From an uncultured Pseudomonadota bacterium (GTDB taxonomy: Bacteria > Pseudomonadota > Gammaproteobacteria > Burkholderiales > CAIKXV01), in NCBI GenBank assembly GCA_903831455.1, contig CAIKXV010000027.1, positions 39,208-103,207 on the forward strand: 64,000 nucleotides of DNA, in the 5' to 3' direction. Each line of letters opens with the position of its first letter. Positions within the stretch are counted from its first letter, which is position 1. Positions 61,977-64,000 of the stretch are shown in pieces. Made by a program: the position numbers and the translations under genes. The notes beneath the pieces are model-generated. The model was not told the DNA's origin. It was given only the letters and a program-made list of their open reading frames with translations, and ran no database searches.

Positions 61977-64000
61977 TCAGCGGGCATCGTCGGCATTCTG
62001 CCGCGACCGGACCCGGCCCGGAAGGGAGCCCGCCTCGGCGTCGAGTACGCCCGCCGCGCGCAGGATACGCTCAGGCGTGACCGGCAGCACGTCCATCTCC
62101 ACGCCCAGCGGCGCCAAGGCGTCATCGATCGCATTGACCACGGCGGCGATCGCGCCGGTCACGCCGGCTTCGGCCACGCCCTTCGCGCCCAGGCGGGAGG
62201 TACCGGTCGGCGATCCGACGTGGCCGACGACGATATCCGGCATCTCCACGGCCATCGGCACCAGGTAGTCGGCCAGGGTCGCGTTGCGCAGTTCGCCCTG
62301 TGATCCATAAAGGCACCCCTCGAACAGCGCCTGGCCGATGCCCTGCACCGCGGCGCCCCGAAGCTGCTCGTCGGCCAGCAACGGATTGATCACCGTCCCG
62401 CAGTCATCGACGATCCAGTGTCCGAGCAGCCTCACCTGCCCGGTGCGCAGGTCCACCTCGACCCGGCTGGCGGACGCGCCGTTGGTGTAGACGCCGTCCA
62501 GGTCGCGCTGGGCGAAATGGGCGCTGGCCGCAGGCTCCGGCAGCACGCCCGCCGGGAAGCGGTCCGGTCGCAGGTAGATCGCGCGGGCGAGCTCCGCGAG
62601 CGTGCACAGCGCAGCCCCGGATGAATCGACCACCGCGCCGGCCCGCAGGTCGAGCGCCGCGGCCTCGCGTCCGAACAGCGCGCCGGCCGCCTCCAGCAGT
62701 CGCGAGCGCAGCAGGCACCCCGCGCGCCAGAGCGCCTCGCCGGCGATGCCGATGCCGCGCGAACCCCAGTTGCCACCGCTCACCGGCGTGTGGTCGGTGT
62801 CGCCCACCGTCATCTGGATCGCCGCAACCGGCACGCCGACCGCATCGGCTGCGATCTGCGCGAGCGCCGTGCGCGTGCCCTGGCCGGTGTCGGTCAGCCC
62901 GACCGCGCACGCAACGCCGCCACCCTGCGTGAGTCGAACCAGCGCGCCGTCGTCACTGGCGATCGCAGCTCCCCCGCGCCCGTAGTTGGCCGACGAGTGG
63001 TTCGAGTTCTCGACGAAGCAGGCCAGGCCGATGCCTCGCAGGCGCCATGGGTCGCCCGACTCGCGCCACCTGCGCTGATCCTCGCGCAGCGCCGGATAGT
63101 CCATCAGCCGCGCGCACTCGCGCAGCGACGCGCGAAGCGACAGGCGCTCGAACGTCGCGCCCGCCGGCGCACGCCGCGGCCACGGACCGGCGTCGTCGAG
63201 CAGATTGTCGAGGCGCCACGCCAGCGGGTCGACCTGCAGCCGCCTCGCGAGTGAATCGACCGCCGTCTCGGTGAAGAGGCAGGCCAGCGGGTGCCCGACC
63301 CCGCGGTACTGGCCGTACAGGCCGAGGTTCGTCATCGCCACCCGGATCCGCGCCTGGTACTCCGGGACCGAGTAGCACGCCCCGGTGAGTCCGAGCACGT
63401 GCCGGGACTCGTTGACGCTGCCTCGCGGATGCACCGACCACGGGCCGGCCGCGCACAGGTCGTCGACCGCGAAGGCCGCGAGACGACCGTCGGCATGCAC
63501 CGCAGCACGCACCGTCGCGCGATGGCCCCGGGCGTGGACATCGGAGACGAAGGACTCGAGCCGATCGGCGATGAAGCGCACTGGGTGGCCGCACAACCGT
63601 GCGGCCACCGCGACCGCAGCCTCGTCGGCGTAGCCGTGGATCTTCGAGCCGAACGATCCCCCCGTGTCGGCTGCGACCACGCTCACCCGGTCCCATTCGA
63701 TCCCGAGCACGTCGGCGAGGACCGCCTGCATCATCCACGGCACCTGGGTCCCCATGCGCACCCGCAGTCGACCCTCATGCCGATCCCACTGCGCGACGAT
63801 GCCGCGCGGCTCGAGCGCCACCGCGGTCACGCGTGCGGTCTCCCAGCGACGTTCGACCACCGCGCCCGCCCCGGCGAACGCGGACTCGACTCCGGGCGTC
63901 GCCACCGTCGCCTCGAACATCGTGTTGTCGCCCAGCGCCTCGTGCAGCGGCGCGACACCCGGTGCGAGCGCGGCCTCGGGCTCGGCCAGGACCGGCAGGG
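61977..64000 (-). CDS. xanthine dehydrogenase / aldehyde oxidase family molybdopterin-binding large subunit (5' end outside the window)
   Basis: The frame stays open past ATG 63920 to the window edge (PVLAEPEAALAPGVAPLHEALGDNT precedes it). GGSFGSK, GQGTRTALAQIAADAVGV, GSRG, and the C-terminal GAKGVAEAG motifs are typical of CoxL/XdhB-type Mo-hydroxylases. Confidence 0.85.
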   Translation of the reverse strand, partial: LPVLAEPEAALAPGVAPLHEALGDNTMFEATVATPGVESAFAGAGAVVERRWETARVTAVALEPRGIVAQWDRHEGRLRVRMGTQVPWMMQAVLADVLGIEWDRVSVVAADTGGSFGSKIHGYADEAAVAVAARLCGHPVRFIADRLESFVSDVHARGHRATVRAAVHADGRLAAFAVDDLCAAGPWSVHPRGSVNESRHVLGLTGACYSVPEYQARIRVAMTNLGLYGQYRGVGHPLACLFTETAVDSLARRLQVDPLAWRLDNLLDDAGPWPRRAPAGATFERLSLRASLRECARLMDYPALREDQRRWRESGDPWRLRGIGLACFVENSNHSSANYGRGGAAIASDDGALVRLTQGGGVACAVGLTDTGQGTRTALAQIAADAVGVPVAAIQMTVGDTDHTPVSGGNWGSRGIGIAGEALWRAGCLLRSRLLEAAGALFGREAAALDLRAGAVVDSSGAALCTLAELARAIYLRPDRFPAGVLPEPAASAHFAQRDLDGVYTNGASASRVEVDLRTGQVRLLGHWIVDDCGTVINPLLADEQLRGAAVQGIGQALFEGCLYGSQGELRNATLADYLVPMAVEMPDIVVGHVGSPTGTSRLGAKGVAEAGVTGAIAAVVNAIDDALAPLGVEMDVLPVTPERILRAAGVLDAEAGSLPGRVRSRQNADDAR

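Noticed and set aside
1-64000. Interpreting the window, or parts of it, as a genomic island, prophage or defence island
   Set aside because: I saw no integrase, transposase, tRNA attachment site, flanking direct repeats, phage or defence-type genes, and no obvious GC-content break. The accessory-looking catabolic modules are interleaved with core genes.

Overview
High-GC (about 70%) chromosomal window that looks betaproteobacterial, probably Burkholderiales; this is inferred from six Bug/TTT solute-binding-protein paralogues and the gene content. I can support 62 protein-coding calls (one is a tentative small ORF) plus one frameshifted gene, densely packed on both strands. I recognised no rRNA, tRNA, CRISPR, transposase, integrase or phage genes. 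Housekeeping genes (recQ, sodB, rpmB-rpmG, radC, coaBC, dut, hslR, ybiB, a TrmH-family methyltransferase) are interleaved with small catabolic modules built from recurring families: 3 family-III CoA-transferases, 2 crotonases, 3 HIBADH-like and 2 HBD-like dehydrogenases, 2 enolase-superfamily enzymes and 6 Bug SBPs. The best candidate for something new is a three-gene cobalt-type nitrile-hydratase-family cluster at 35441-36808. Its beta subunit is split into two polypeptides in the same order as thiocyanate hydrolase scnB-scnA-scnC. Its alpha subunit carries a His/Asp-rich N-terminal tail, no activator gene is adjacent, and two Bug SBP genes follow it. Other points worth a second look: (1) a translationally coupled Rieske oxygenase - Hsp15 - PlpD-like (type Vd) patatin operon; (2) Lys/Ala/Thr-rich N-terminal tails on two unrelated catabolic enzymes; (3) a YhbW-like LLM - DUF2007/zinc-ribbon - DadA-like operon; (4) a Bug gene broken by a 1-nt deletion in a G run; (5) recQ without a canonical start codon; (6) several candidate operators, promoters and leaderless starts. 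All functional calls come from reading motifs in the supplied translations. No database search was run, so family assignments are from memory and start codons are often uncertain. Many very long ORFs in the track are GC-driven artefacts.
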